Source: Myxococcota bacterium (lineage in GTDB: Bacteria; Myxococcota_A; Polyangia; DASYRF01). Taken from it: a stretch of DNA of 63,044 nucleotides. This document shows, one piece after another, positions 17,476 through 27,853 of the stretch. The stretch's first letter is position 1. Every line of letters begins with the position of its first letter. The translations under genes were made by a program, and so were the position numbers. The DNA is taken from NCBI GenBank assembly GCA_036004705.1, contig DASYRF010000266.1, positions 1 to 63,044 on the forward strand. Reading direction: 5' to 3'. Under the pieces are notes generated by a model that worked only from the letters and a program-made list of their open reading frames with translations, had not been told where the DNA came from and searched no databases.

Positions 17476-19584
17476 ATGATCATCCGAGAGTCGGTAGACG
17501 TGGGCGGCAGGGACTTGACCATCGAGACCGGGCGGCTGGCCAAGCAGGCGGGCGGCTCGGCCCTCCTCCAGCAGGGCGACAGCCTGGTACTGGTGACGGT
17601 GTGCGCGTCGCCGGACGTGCGCCCCGGGCAGGACTTCTTCCCGCTGACGGTGGACTACATCGAAAAGACGTACGCCGCCGGCATGATCCCCGGCGGGTTT
17701 TTCAAGCGCGAAGGACGGCTCAGCGAGCGCGAGATCCTGACCTGCCGCGTGATCGACCGGCCCATCCGGCCGCTCTTCCCCGAGGGCTACCGCAACGAGG
17801 TGCAGGTCACGGCCACCGTGCTGTCGCACGACCGCGAGAACCAGACCGACGTGCTGGCGCTGACCGGCGCGTCCACGGCGCTGATGCTGAGCGAGATCCC
17901 CTTCGACGGGCCCATCGCCGGCGTGCGCGTGGCGCGCATCGACGGCAAGTTCGTGGCGAACCCGACCTTCCCGCAGCTGCCGAAGTCGGACCTGGAGCTG
18001 GTGGTCGCCGCCAGCGAGCAGGCCATCGTGATGGTGGAAGGCGGCGCCGCCGGCGTGGCGGAGAGCGTCATCGTCGACGCGCTCCTGTTCGCGCACGACG
18101 CCGTGCGCCCGGTGCTGGCGTTGCAGCGCCGGCTGCGCGAAGCGGCCGGCAAGCCGAAGCTCGCCTTCACGCCGCCGCAGCCCGATCAGGCGCTGGCGGC
18201 GCGCGTCTGGGAAGTGGGGCGCGCGCGCCTCGCCGAGGCGGTCGACACGAACGAGAAAATGGCGCGCTACGGCAAGTACAGCAAGTACAAGAAGGAGGTC
18301 GTGGCGGAGCTCGTGGGCGAGTACCCGGGCCGCGAGCCGGAGATCAAGGCGGCTTGGGAGGAGCACAAGTACAAGTACGTGCGCGAGCGCATCGTCAAGG
18401 AGGGGCGCCGCATCGGCGGGCGCGGGCCGCGCGACATCCGCAACATTACTTGCGAGGTGGGCGTGCTGCCGCGCACGCACGGGTCGGGGCTGTTCACGCG
18501 CGGCGAGACGCAGGTGGTGTCGGCGACGACGCTCGGCACGTCGTCCGACCAGCAGCGCGTGGATGCGCTGACGGGCGACCTCTTCAAGCGGTTCATGCTG
18601 CACTACAACTTCCCGCCGTTCTCGGTGGGCGAGGTGAAGCCGCTGCGCGGGCCGGGGCGGCGCGAGATCGGCCACGGCAACCTGGCGTGGCGGGCCATCG
18701 AGCCGGTGCTGCCGGGCGAGGACGTCTTCCCGTACACCATCCGCCTGGTGGCCGAGACGCTGGAGTCGAACGGGTCGTCGTCGATGGCGACGGTCTGCTC
18801 CAGCATCCTGTCGCTCATGGACGCCGGCGTGCCGATCAAGGCGCCGGTGGCGGGCATCGCCATGGGGCTCATCCAGGAGGGCGACGACGTCGCCATCCTG
18901 AGCGACATCCTGGGCGACGAGGACCACCTGGGCGACATGGACTTCAAGGTGTGCGGCACGCGCGACGGCGTGACCGCCATCCAGATGGACATCAAGGTGC
19001 AGGGGCTGTCGCGCGAGCTGCTGGAGAAGGCCCTCTACCAGGCGCGCGAGGCGCGGCTGCACGTGCTGGAGCGGATGCTGGCGGTGCTGCCGGAGGCGCG
19101 CAAGGAGCTGTCGCCGCACGCGCCGCGCATCACGACGTTGAAGATCAAGACTGACCGCATCCGCGACGTCATCGGGCCCGGCGGCAAGACGATCCGCGGG
19201 ATCGTCGAGGCGACGGGGTGCAAGGTGGACGTCGAGGACGACGGGACGATCTTGATCGCCTCGGTGGACGAAGAAGCGGCGAAGAAGGCGATCAAGATGA
19301 TCAAGGGGCTGACGGCCGAGCCAGAGGTGGGGCGGTTGTACGTCGGCAACGTGCGCAAGATCGCCGAGTTCGGCGCGTTCGTGGAGATTCTGCCGGGCAC
19401 CGACGGGCTACTGCACATCAGCGAGATGAGCGACAAGCGCGTGAACAAGGTCACCGACCTGCTCCAGGAGGGCGACGAGGTGGTCGTGAAGGTGCTGTCG
19501 GTGGACCGGATGGGGAAGATCCGTCTGAGCCGCAAGGAAGCGATGGGCAAGACGCGCGAGGACGTGGCGTCCCAGGACCAGTAG
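17476..19584 (+). CDS. pnp: Polyribonucleotide nucleotidyltransferase (PNPase)
   Basis: [42 protein letters not shown] and S1 domains. GAGG RBS before ATG 17476 (702 aa). Confidence 0.98.
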   Translation: MIIRESVDVGGRDLTIETGRLAKQAGGSALLQQGDSLVLVTVCASPDVRPGQDFFPLTVDYIEKTYAAGMIPGGFFKREGRLSEREILTCRVIDRPIRPLFPEGYRNEVQVTATVLSHDRENQTDVLALTGASTALMLSEIPFDGPIAGVRVARIDGKFVANPTFPQLPKSDLELVVAASEQAIVMVEGGAAGVAESVIVDALLFAHDAVRPVLALQRRLREAAGKPKLAFTPPQPDQALAARVWEVGRARLAEAVDTNEKMARYGKYSKYKKEVVAELVGEYPGREPEIKAAWEEHKYKYVRERIVKEGRRIGGRGPRDIRNITCEVGVLPRTHGSGLFTRGETQVVSATTLGTSSDQQRVDALTGDLFKRFMLHYNFPPFSVGEVKPLRGPGRREIGHGNLAWRAIEPVLPGEDVFPYTIRLVAETLESNGSSSMATVCSSILSLMDAGVPIKAPVAGIAMGLIQEGDDVAILSDILGDEDHLGDMDFKVCGTRDGVTAIQMDIKVQGLSRELLEKALYQAREARLHVLERMLAVLPEARKELSPHAPRITTLKIKTDRIRDVIGPGGKTIRGIVEATGCKVDVEDDGTILIASVDEEAAKKAIKMIKGLTAEPEVGRLYVGNVRKIAEFGAFVEILPGTDGLLHISEMSDKRVNKVTDLLQEGDEVVVKVLSVDRMGKIRLSRKEAMGKTREDVASQDQ

Positions 19585-19585
19585 C

Positions 19586-20062
19586 GTGGGGACGGCCGGC
19601 AGACAGGCCACGCTGCGCGTGGTCCGGTTGGCGGCCGCCCAAGACCTGCCGCTCCCGTCGTATCGAAGCGCGGGGGCGGCCGGGCTCGACCTGGCGGCGG
19701 CCGTGGAGGCGCCACTGGTGCTGGAGCCGATGGCGCGCGCCGCCGTGCCGACCGGGCTGGTGGTGCGCATCCCCGACGGACACGAGGGGCAGGTGCGCCC
19801 GCGCAGCGGCCTGGCGCTGGAGCACGGGGTTACCGTGGCCAACGCCCCTGGGACGATTGATTCGGACTATCGCGGCGAGCTGCGCGTGCTGCTCGTGAAC
19901 CTCGGCCCGGCGCCGTACATCGTACGTCGCGGGGATCGCATCGCGCAGCTCGTGTTGGCGAGGGTGGCGCACGTGGCCGTCGAAGCGGTGGCCGGCGCCG
20001 ACGGGGGCGCGCTGGACGCGACCGACCGTGGTGCGGGAGGATTCGGGTCGACGGGTCGGTAG
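19586..20062 (+). CDS. dut: dUTP diphosphatase
   Basis: All five motifs present: [41 protein letters not shown]. Confidence 0.96.
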   Translation: MGTAGRQATLRVVRLAAAQDLPLPSYRSAGAAGLDLAAAVEAPLVLEPMARAAVPTGLVVRIPDGHEGQVRPRSGLALEHGVTVANAPGTIDSDYRGELRVLLVNLGPAPYIVRRGDRIAQLVLARVAHVAVEAVAGADGGALDATDRGAGGFGSTGR

Positions 20063-20121
20063 AATCGTGACAGGCTGTCCGGCGGCCACCGCTCGGGCGA
20101 GACAGTAGAAGGAGGCGGCGC

Positions 20122-22851
20122 GTGCTCTGCTACCGCTGTGGAACCCAGAACGACGAGGGTGAGCCGACCTGCATCGGCTGTGGGCTGCCGTTGGACGAAG
20201 GGCCGAGCCAGGCGCCGGGAGGGCGGCCGGGCAACGGCGCGGGCGGCATGCGGATGGCGGGCGGCGGGGGCGTCGGGGCCGGGGGCGGCGGCGCCGGCGG
20301 CGGGGCGGGGGCCGGGGCCGAGGGGGCGGTGTCGCCGGGCTGGGACGTGGGGTCGCCGGTGCCGCAGGCGGGCGACAGCGCCGGGCAGCCGCTCCCGTTC
20401 GCCGTGGGCGACCGCATCGCCGACCGCTACGACATCAAGCAGGTCATCGGCAGCGGCCCGCACGGCGTGGTGCTGAAGGTCTACGACACCGAGATCGAGG
20501 TCGACGTCGCGCTGAAGATGCTGGACCCGGGCGTGGTGGCGGGGCCGGAGGACCAGGAGCGCGTGCTGGCGGCGCTGCGCAAGGCGCGCCAGGTGAACCA
20601 TCCCAACGTGGTGCGGCTGTTCGACGCCGACGTGGCGCTCGGGCGCGTGTACTACACGATGCAGTACCTGGAGGGGCTGACGCTGCGGCGTATCCTCCAG
20701 AACCGCTACGAGAAGCGGCAGGTGTTCACGCTGCTGGAGGCGGAGCCGATCGTCTCGCAGCTGTGCCTGGCGCTGCAGCACGCCCATCGCGTGATGCCGC
20801 ACGGGCTGGTGAAGCCGGAGAACGTGGCGGTGCTGCCCGACGTGATCAAGCTGATGGACTTCGGGCTGGGCGCCGCGCGGGCGGCGCCGACGCTGACGAG
20901 CCGTGCGCTGGAGCTGGGCGCGGGGGGCGAGCTGTACTTCGCGCCCGAGGTTCGCGCGGGCGGGGCGGTGGACGTGCGCGCCGACGTCTTCGCGCTGGGC
21001 GTGACGCTGGGCGAGATGCTCAGCGGCGAGCGCTATCACGGCGACGGCGAGTTCGATCTGCTGCGGCTGAATCCGGCGCTGCCGCCGGCCATCGCGGAAG
21101 TGGTGCAGCACGCCATCGCGCCGGACGCGGGGATGCGTTACGCGGTGGCGCCCGACTTGGCGGCCGACCTCGCTTCGGTGATCGACACGGGCAAGGTGCG
21201 CTCGGGGCGTGGCGACAGCGGGGCGGTCTCCACCGAGGCGCCGCCGCCGTCGCCGGGGCCGTCGCCGCTGGCGAGCGAGAGCGGCGCGACCCGGCGGCGC
21301 GAGCGCACCGAGAAGACGATGGAAGTGTCCGAGGACATGATCGAGCGCCCCGACGGCGGCCTGCAGATCGAGCCGGGCGAGGGGCTGTTCGACGGGTCCG
21401 AGGGGCCAACGGGGCCCATCCAGATGAAGGCGGTGGCGGAGGGGAGCGGGAGCGGCGTGGGGCAGAGCACGTTCCAGCGCGTGCAGATGCAGGCGTCGCG
21501 CGGTGCGCTGGGCGGCCCGACCGAGGACTTCCTGGGCGCGGCCATCGCCGAAGTGAAGGCGAAGCCGGCGGCGAGCTCGTCGCAGCCGGCGATGCCGGCG
21601 ACGACGGTGGCGGCGGGCGCCGCGGGCGCGGCGGCGGCGGTGACGGCGGCGGCGGCGGGCGGCGGCGCGGCGGGCGGCGCGATGCAGATGGTGCCGGTGC
21701 GGCAGCCCGACGGGACGGTGATCCAGGTGCCGCTGGCGGCGCTGGCGGCGATGGCGCAGCAACAGAGGGGCGGCGGGGGGCGCGGGGCGCTGATCGCGCT
21801 CGTCGCGGTGCTGGCCGTGCTGCTGGTGGCGGTCGCCGGGCTGGGCGTGTTCGTCGCCTGGCCGCTTCTGGAGGAGCGCAGCAAGCCGCGCGCCGTGGAC
21901 GGGACGCGGCCCTCGCCGCGCGACGACGACCGCCTGGCGGTGGGCCCGAAGCCGTCGCCCAAGGAGACGGCGGCGCCGGTCACGGCGGCGGAGACGGCCG
22001 CGGAGTCGGCCGCGCCGGCCGGCACCGCGGGTCCGTCGTGGGCGGACGTCGTGCGCAGCGGCACCGCCGGCACGGCGGGCGCGGGCACGGACAAGAAGGG
22101 TGCGGGCGCCGACGACGGCGCCAAGAAGGGAACGGCCGCGCCGGTGGCGGGGGACAAGAAGGGCGCGGGCGCTGCAGACGGCGGCAAGAAGGGCGCGGCG
22201 GCGGGCGCGGACGACGGCGGCAAGAAGGGTGCGGCGGCGGCGGGCGCCGACGACGGGGGCAAGAAGGGCAGTGCCGACGACGGCGGCAAGAAGGGCGCCG
22301 ACGACGGCGGCAAGAAGGGCGCTGCCGACGAGAGCACCGACAAGGGGTTGGTGGCGGCGACGGGGACGAAGTGCCCCGCCGGAATGTCGCTCGTGAAGCT
22401 GAAGAAGGGCAACTACTGCATCGACCGGTTCGAGTACCCGGGCGGCAAGGGGTCGATCCCCAAGACGGCCGTGGACTACGACGAAGCGAAGGACATCTGC
22501 GAGAAGGACGGCAAGCGGCTCTGCTCGGTGAGCGAGTGGACGAGCGGCTGCCTGGGCAAGGGCGGCGCCAAGTTCCCTTACGGCGACACGTACGATCCCG
22601 AGAAGTGCATCACGGACGACGACGAGGGCGACGATCGCCCGGTGATGGCGGCGGGCTCGTTCGCCATGTGCAAGAGCGCCGTCGGCGTGTACGACATGAG
22701 CGGCAACGTGGAGGAGTGGGTCTACGGCCGCGTGAAGATGGGCGGCGGCGGCAACAAGGCCGACGCGCTCGCCTCCTGCACCAACAAGGCCAAGGGCGGC
22801 GCCACGAAGTACACGGGCTTCCGCTGCTGCGCCGACCCCGCCGCCAAGTAG
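20122..22851 (+). CDS. Zn-ribbon + Ser/Thr pseudokinase + TM + FGE/SUMF1-like domain protein
   Basis: N-terminal CYRC/CIGC. VALK, HPNVV, DFG and APE are present but the catalytic loop is HGLVKPEN. One TM helix, then a C-terminal CP.GM...CIDRFEY...RLC..EW...DMSGNVEEW...GFRCC domain. GGAGG RBS. Confidence 0.85.
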   Translation: MLCYRCGTQNDEGEPTCIGCGLPLDEGPSQAPGGRPGNGAGGMRMAGGGGVGAGGGGAGGGAGAGAEGAVSPGWDVGSPVPQAGDSAGQPLPFAVGDRIADRYDIKQVIGSGPHGVVLKVYDTEIEVDVALKMLDPGVVAGPEDQERVLAALRKARQVNHPNVVRLFDADVALGRVYYTMQYLEGLTLRRILQNRYEKRQVFTLLEAEPIVSQLCLALQHAHRVMPHGLVKPENVAVLPDVIKLMDFGLGAARAAPTLTSRALELGAGGELYFAPEVRAGGAVDVRADVFALGVTLGEMLSGERYHGDGEFDLLRLNPALPPAIAEVVQHAIAPDAGMRYAVAPDLAADLASVIDTGKVRSGRGDSGAVSTEAPPPSPGPSPLASESGATRRRERTEKTMEVSEDMIERPDGGLQIEPGEGLFDGSEGPTGPIQMKAVAEGSGSGVGQSTFQRVQMQASRGALGGPTEDFLGAAIAEVKAKPAASSSQPAMPATTVAAGAAGAAAAVTAAAAGGGAAGGAMQMVPVRQPDGTVIQVPLAALAAMAQQQRGGGGRGALIALVAVLAVLLVAVAGLGVFVAWPLLEERSKPRAVDGTRPSPRDDDRLAVGPKPSPKETAAPVTAAETAAESAAPAGTAGPSWADVVRSGTAGTAGAGTDKKGAGADDGAKKGTAAPVAGDKKGAGAADGGKKGAAAGADDGGKKGAAAAGADDGGKKGSADDGGKKGADDGGKKGAADESTDKGLVAATGTKCPAGMSLVKLKKGNYCIDRFEYPGGKGSIPKTAVDYDEAKDICEKDGKRLCSVSEWTSGCLGKGGAKFPYGDTYDPEKCITDDDEGDDRPVMAAGSFAMCKSAVGVYDMSGNVEEWVYGRVKMGGGGNKADALASCTNKAKGGATKYTGFRCCADPAAK
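22090..22330 (+). repeat. Coding tandem repeat, about 8 x (D)DGGKKG(A) units
   Basis: Recurrent gacgacggcggcaagaagggc-like units in the extracytoplasmic linker. Confidence 0.85.
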
Positions 22852-22875
22852 CCCGCGCCAGCGCGGGCGCCGCCG

Positions 22876-22976
22876 ACGCGCGTACGCGCGCGCGTGCCGC
22901 CCCGCCCCGCCCCGCCCCCGCTCCGCGCCGCTCCGCCCCCGCTCCGCCCCGTTCCGCCCCCGCTCTGCTCCACCCC
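22876..22976. repeat. Intergenic alternating purine-pyrimidine run plus C-tract repeats (G-quadruplex-forming on the minus strand)
   Basis: 22 nt strictly alternating R/Y (22876-22897). C4-G-C4-G-C4-G-C5 at 22900-22919. Four more C4-5 runs to 22976. Confidence 0.7.
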
Positions 22977-23015
22977 GCCGGCGCGGGCGCGCGAGGCGGC
23001 GCGCGGCGCCGCGGC

Positions 23016-24815
23016 TTACTTTCGCGGTGAGGCGAGCAAGACCATGATGCAGACGCCGGAGCCCTCGACGGGGTGCTTGCCCTCGTAGGCCCCGGTGCCG
23101 AACGCGACGAATCCTTTGTCGAGGATCTCGGGCGACCCGAGGATAGTCTCGAGGTAGGGGACGACGCTGAGGATCGTGGCGATGGCGCGGTAGTCGGCGC
23201 TGGTCGCGCCGAAGCCGGCGCCCACCGCCGCCGACGTCTCCGCGGGGGTGCGGCCGCGCTCCATGTGCTCCTCGCACCCTTTGGCCGCCAGCGCCGACAG
23301 GCGCGCGTCGAGCTTCAGCGGCGCCAGGCCGGCCTTGCGGCGCGCGTCGTTTACGAGGGTGGCGAGGCCCGCGGCCCCGGCGGCGGGCGTGACCGGCGGC
23401 GCGTCGCGCAAGAAGAGCTCGGTCACGTAGTAGGCGGGCGGCTCGCCGGCGCGCGCGCGCAGCTCCACACCGATGCCGACGTGCGTGGCGCCGCGGCTGA
23501 GCACGACCGCGCGGTGGCCAGGGCTGGCCATGAGCCCGTCGTGCGCGTCGGCGGGCGTGTAGGCCTTGGCGACGTTCTCTTCGACGACGCTGTGGCGGAG
23601 GTGGGCGGCGGCGGCGCGGTCCTCGGGCGTGCCGCTCGTGGGCGAGGTGTGGCCGAGGAAGGCGTGGTCTGCCATGTCGGCGGAGTGGGCGCGCGCCACC
23701 GCCGCGGCCGCGTCGCTCCAGGCGACGGGCGGGAGCCCGGCCGTGCGCCGGGCGTCGTTCACCAGGCCCAGCAGCGTGCGCTCGGCGGCGTCGGCTGGCT
23801 CGAGCGGACCGTCGCCGCTGCCGGGGCGCAGCGCGATGGAGGCCGGCGGCGCGACGCCCGCCCAGACGGGGAGCAGCGCCACGACGGCCGGGCCGAGCGT
23901 GCCCTCGGCGACGACCTCGATCTCGTAGCGGCCGGGGCCGTCGGCGAGCGGGACGCGCGCGGCGAAAGCGCGCGCGTCGCCGGGGAGGGCGACGTCGCGC
24001 AGGGTGTCGACGGAGCCGTCGGGGCGCGTCACCACGACGTGGGGCGCGGAGAAGGTGCTGTCGAGCAGCCGGCCCCGCAGGGAGACGGCCGCCTTGGGGG
24101 AGGACTTCACGGCGCGCGGCACTTCGTCGAGCAGCACGGCGCCCGGGAGGAAGGCGACGATGACGCGGAAGCCGCCGCCGGGCGAGGGCGCGGTGCCCAC
24201 CGCGAAGCGCAGGTTGCGGCGGTCGCCGATGAAGCCTGGCAGGTCCTCGGCGAAGCCGGCGGCGAAGGGCGCGGCGTCAAGGTCCGGGACGGAGTAGACC
24301 GCGATGTGCGGAAAGGGCTCGGCGATGCCGACGTGCCTGAGCACGAAGTCGGCGAGGTCGCGCGCGGGGGCGCCCTCCTCGGGGAAGACGCGGGCGTACT
24401 CGTTGGCGGCTTCCTCCAGGCGGTGGTCGTAGAGGGGCGCGGTTCGGCCGGTGCGCGCGTAGTAGTCGCGCAGCGCTGCGAACGCGGCGGCAGCGAGCGG
24501 CGAGCCGGGCGTGCTTGGCTCGTTGCGCTCCTCGTAGGCGTCGGCGGGCGCGACCGAGGGCGTCCAGGGCGGGCCGGCGGCGGGGGCGCTTCCGTCCGTG
24601 TCGGCGCGGACGCCGGGCCGCGCGCCGGGCCGACCGAGCGTGGCCACGCCGGCGCCGGCGCCGCCGACGTCGCCGGAGACGACGTAAGGACCGGACGCGC
24701 CGCCGCGCCGCGTCTTGAAGCCCGCGCTGCACGAGGCCAGGCCGACCGCGAGCCCGAGGGCGAGGGCAGCGGCGGCGACCGCGGCGCGCGGGGAGCGGCA
24801 GACAGCAGGCGGCAC
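23016..24815 (-). CDS. CAP/SCP-domain lipoprotein (tandem CAP-like domains)
   Basis: Lipobox LASC. LVNDARRTAGL, ARAHSADMA, EENVA, LMASPGHR, THVGIG. Start GTG 24815 is supported by a TACCCT box 6 nt upstream. Confidence 0.85.
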   Translation of the reverse strand: MPPAVCRSPRAAVAAAALALGLAVGLASCSAGFKTRRGGASGPYVVSGDVGGAGAGVATLGRPGARPGVRADTDGSAPAAGPPWTPSVAPADAYEERNEPSTPGSPLAAAAFAALRDYYARTGRTAPLYDHRLEEAANEYARVFPEEGAPARDLADFVLRHVGIAEPFPHIAVYSVPDLDAAPFAAGFAEDLPGFIGDRRNLRFAVGTAPSPGGGFRVIVAFLPGAVLLDEVPRAVKSSPKAAVSLRGRLLDSTFSAPHVVVTRPDGSVDTLRDVALPGDARAFAARVPLADGPGRYEIEVVAEGTLGPAVVALLPVWAGVAPPASIALRPGSGDGPLEPADAAERTLLGLVNDARRTAGLPPVAWSDAAAAVARAHSADMADHAFLGHTSPTSGTPEDRAAAAHLRHSVVEENVAKAYTPADAHDGLMASPGHRAVVLSRGATHVGIGVELRARAGEPPAYYVTELFLRDAPPVTPAAGAAGLATLVNDARRKAGLAPLKLDARLSALAAKGCEEHMERGRTPAETSAAVGAGFGATSADYRAIATILSVVPYLETILGSPEILDKGFVAFGTGAYEGKHPVEGSGVCIMVLLASPRK

Positions 24816-24903
24816 GCTCCGAGGGTAGCGTCGGCGCGCGGGGCGGGCAAACGCGACGGGCGGGGCCGGGGCGCGCGCGAGGCGCGCGCTATACTGCCCG
24901 CCG

Positions 24904-26835
24904 ATGGACGACGCGCTGCGCGAGCGCATCGAGCGGCTGCCGCTGGATCCCGGCTGCTACGTCTTCAAGGGCGAGGGCGGCAAGGTGTTGTACGTGGGCA
25001 AGGCCGTCAGCCTGCGCGCACGCGTGCGCTCGTACTTCCACCGCACCGGCGACTCGCGCATCTTCATCCCCTATCTGGAGTCGCTGCTCGAGGACGTCGA
25101 GGTGCTGGTGGTGCGCTCCGAGAAGGAGGCGCTTATCCTCGAGAACGAGCTCATCAAGAAGCTGCGCCCGCGCTTCAACGTGATGCTCCGCGACGACAAG
25201 AACTTCCTGCACCTGCGCATCGACCCACGCGGCGAGTACCCGCGCGTGGAGGTGGTGCGGCGCATGGCCGACGACGGCGCGCGCTACTTCGGCCCGTTCC
25301 ACTCGGCGTCGGCGATCCGGCGCACGCTGCACCTGGTCAACAAGCACTTCCTGCTGCGCACCTGCACGGACCACGTGCTGCACAACCGCGTACGCCCGTG
25401 CCTGCAATTCCAGATCCACCGTTGCCTGGGGCCGTGCGTGTACGACATCGACGAGGCGCTGTACGCGCAGCAAGTCACGGACGTGGTGTCGTTCCTGGAA
25501 GGGAAGGGCGCCGACCTGGTGGCGGACCTGCGCCGGCGGATGGATGACGCGGCGCGTGGGATGTCGTTCGAGGTCGCCGCCGTGTACCGCGACCAGATCG
25601 ACGCCGTGCAGCGCTCGCTGGAGAAGCAGAGCGTGGTGTCGCCGGGGTTCGCCGATCGCGACGTCTTCGGCATGGCGCGCGCCGCCGGGACGGTCTGCTT
25701 GCAGGTTCTGCAGATCCGTCACGGCCGGCTAGTGGAAACGGATGCCTTTCACTTCGATCGGGTGGAGATCCCCGACGACGAGGTGGTGGCGTCGCTCGTG
25801 CAACAGTACTACGCGGGGACGCGGCGTGATCTGGGGATTCCGCCGGAGGTGCTGGTGCCGGCGCTCCCGCCCGAGAGCGGGGCGCTGGGGGCCTGGCTGG
25901 CGGAGCTGCGCGGCGCCAAGGTCGAGCTGGCGGTACCGGTGCGCGGCGAGCGACGGCGGCTGCTGGAGCTGTCGTCCAAGAACGCCGAGGCGGCGCTGGC
26001 GGAGCGGATGGGCCGCGCGGAGACGCGCCTGGCGGCGCTGGAGCGGCTTCAGGCGCGGCTGAAGCTGCGCAAGCTGCCCCGGCGCATCGAGTGCTACGAC
26101 ATCTCCACGCTGGCGGGGACGGGCGCCGTAGGGTCGATGGCGGTGGTGACGGACGGGGACGTCGACCGCCGCGCGCACCGGCGCTTCCGCATCAAGACGG
26201 TGCAGGGGCAGGACGACTTCAAGATGATGTACGAGGTGCTGGCGCGGCGCTTCCGGCACGGCGCGCACGCCGCGGACGGCGAGCAGAAGAGCTCGTTCGC
26301 CGACCGCGCGCCGGATCTGCTGCTGATCGACGGCGGAAAGGGGCAGCTCAACGTCGCGGTCGCCGTGCTGCGTGATCTCGACGTGACGAACGTGGACGTG
26401 GCGGCGCTGGCGAAGGAGCACGAGAGGGAAGGTCCGCCGGACCGCGTGTTCCTGCCGGGCGTGAAGAACCCGATCCCGCTGCGGCCCAACACGCCGGAGC
26501 TCTTCATCCTGGCCCGCGCCCGCGACGAAGCGCACCGCGTGGCGGTCGGCTACCAGCGCGAGCGCCGCCGCAAGGAGCGACTTCGCTCCGGCCTCGACGA
26601 GGTGGCCGGCATCGGCCCGCGCCGCCGCGCCGCTTTGCTTCGCCACTTCGGCTCCATGGCGCGCGTGCGCGCGGCCACGCGCGAAGAGCTCGCGCAGGTT
26701 CCCGGCCTCGGCCCGGCCGCCGCTGCTTCGGTCTTCGTGTTCCTGCACCCCGCGGCGGTCCTGCCCCCGGCGGCGCCGGCGCCGGCGGCGGCGGCGGCTG
26801 CGCCGGCGCCCTCAAAGGATGTGAATGATCCCTAG
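24904..26835 (+). CDS. uvrC: Excinuclease ABC subunit C
   Basis: GIY-YIG (PGCYVFK..VLYVGKA..LR.RVRSYF), Cys cluster, UVR domain, RRIECYDIS, PDLLLIDGGKGQL, HhH GIGPRRR. Confidence 0.97.
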   Translation: MDDALRERIERLPLDPGCYVFKGEGGKVLYVGKAVSLRARVRSYFHRTGDSRIFIPYLESLLEDVEVLVVRSEKEALILENELIKKLRPRFNVMLRDDKNFLHLRIDPRGEYPRVEVVRRMADDGARYFGPFHSASAIRRTLHLVNKHFLLRTCTDHVLHNRVRPCLQFQIHRCLGPCVYDIDEALYAQQVTDVVSFLEGKGADLVADLRRRMDDAARGMSFEVAAVYRDQIDAVQRSLEKQSVVSPGFADRDVFGMARAAGTVCLQVLQIRHGRLVETDAFHFDRVEIPDDEVVASLVQQYYAGTRRDLGIPPEVLVPALPPESGALGAWLAELRGAKVELAVPVRGERRRLLELSSKNAEAALAERMGRAETRLAALERLQARLKLRKLPRRIECYDISTLAGTGAVGSMAVVTDGDVDRRAHRRFRIKTVQGQDDFKMMYEVLARRFRHGAHAADGEQKSSFADRAPDLLLIDGGKGQLNVAVAVLRDLDVTNVDVAALAKEHEREGPPDRVFLPGVKNPIPLRPNTPELFILARARDEAHRVAVGYQRERRRKERLRSGLDEVAGIGPRRRAALLRHFGSMARVRAATREELAQVPGLGPAAAASVFVFLHPAAVLPPAAPAPAAAAAAPAPSKDVNDP

Positions 26836-26890
26836 GTCGCGGCGACGCCTCTAGGCGTGCCTCGACGAGGAGGACATGAATTGCTCCGAC

Positions 26891-27853
26891 TCAGCGAAAC
26901 AGATCGCTGACGCTGCGTCCGTCGTGGATGCGGCTGATCGCCTCGGCGAGGATCGGCGCGACCGATAGCACCGTCAGCTTGTCGCGAAACCCCGGACGCG
27001 AAAGCTTCTCGTCGCCGATGGGCAGGCTGTCGGTCGTCACGAAGCGCGCGATCTGCCCCTGGGCGATGCGGTCGACGGCGTCGCCCACCAGCACGGCGTG
27101 GGTGCAGGCGCAGCAGATCTCGCGGGCCCCACGCGCGCGCAGGAACTCCGCCGCCTCCATCAGGGTGCCGGCGGTGGCCACCTCGTCGTCCACGATGAGC
27201 GCGCGTTTGCCCGCCACCTCGCCGATGAGCGCGACGGCCTTGACCGTCGACTCGTCGCCGAAACGCCGCTTGTCGATGACGGCCATGGGCACGCCCAGCC
27301 TCTTGGCGAAGCGCCCGGCGTCCTTGGCCTCGCCGATGTCCGCGGCCACGACCACCAGGTCCGCGCGCGTCTCGGGCCCCTCGCGGAAGTGGTCGCACAA
27401 GAGCTCGATCGCGGTGAGCTGGTCGCACGGGACGCGCAGGAACCCCTGTGCCTGCGGCGAGTGCAGGTCCAGCGTGAGCACGCGGTCGGCGCCGGCGGTT
27501 TGCAGGAGGTCCGCCACCAGCCGCGCGGTGATGGAGATGCGCGGCTCGTCCTTCTTGTCGCTGCGCACGTACGGGTAGTAGGGCAGCACCGCGGTGATGC
27601 GTGCCGCGCTGGCGTGGCGGAGCGCGTCGATGAAGATGAGCAGCTCGACCAGCGCGTCCGACACCGGCGGGCAGGAGGGCTGCACGACGTACACGTCTGC
27701 CCCGCGGACGTTCTCGTCGACCTTCACCTTGAGGTTGTCATTGGCGAAGCGATGGATGCGCACCGCGCCGGGGAGGATGCCCAGCTTGCGGCAAATGGCC
27801 CGCGCCAGCCCCGGGTGCGCGCTTCCCGAGAAGACTCTCGGTCCGGCCGCCAT
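26891..27853 (-). CDS. prs: Ribose-phosphate pyrophosphokinase
   Basis: VFSGSAHPGLA, FANDN, ENVRGADV, LTLDLHSPQ, VDDEVATAGTL (320 aa). Confidence 0.95.
   Translation of the reverse strand: MAAGPRVFSGSAHPGLARAICRKLGILPGAVRIHRFANDNLKVKVDENVRGADVYVVQPSCPPVSDALVELLIFIDALRHASAARITAVLPYYPYVRSDKKDEPRISITARLVADLLQTAGADRVLTLDLHSPQAQGFLRVPCDQLTAIELLCDHFREGPETRADLVVVAADIGEAKDAGRFAKRLGVPMAVIDKRRFGDESTVKAVALIGEVAGKRALIVDDEVATAGTLMEAAEFLRARGAREICCACTHAVLVGDAVDRIAQGQIARFVTTDSLPIGDEKLSRPGFRDKLTVLSVAPILAEAISRIHDGRSVSDLFR

Noticed and set aside
22897-22976. CRISPR array
   Set aside because: Units are 5-11 nt low-complexity repeats without unique spacers, and there are no cas genes.
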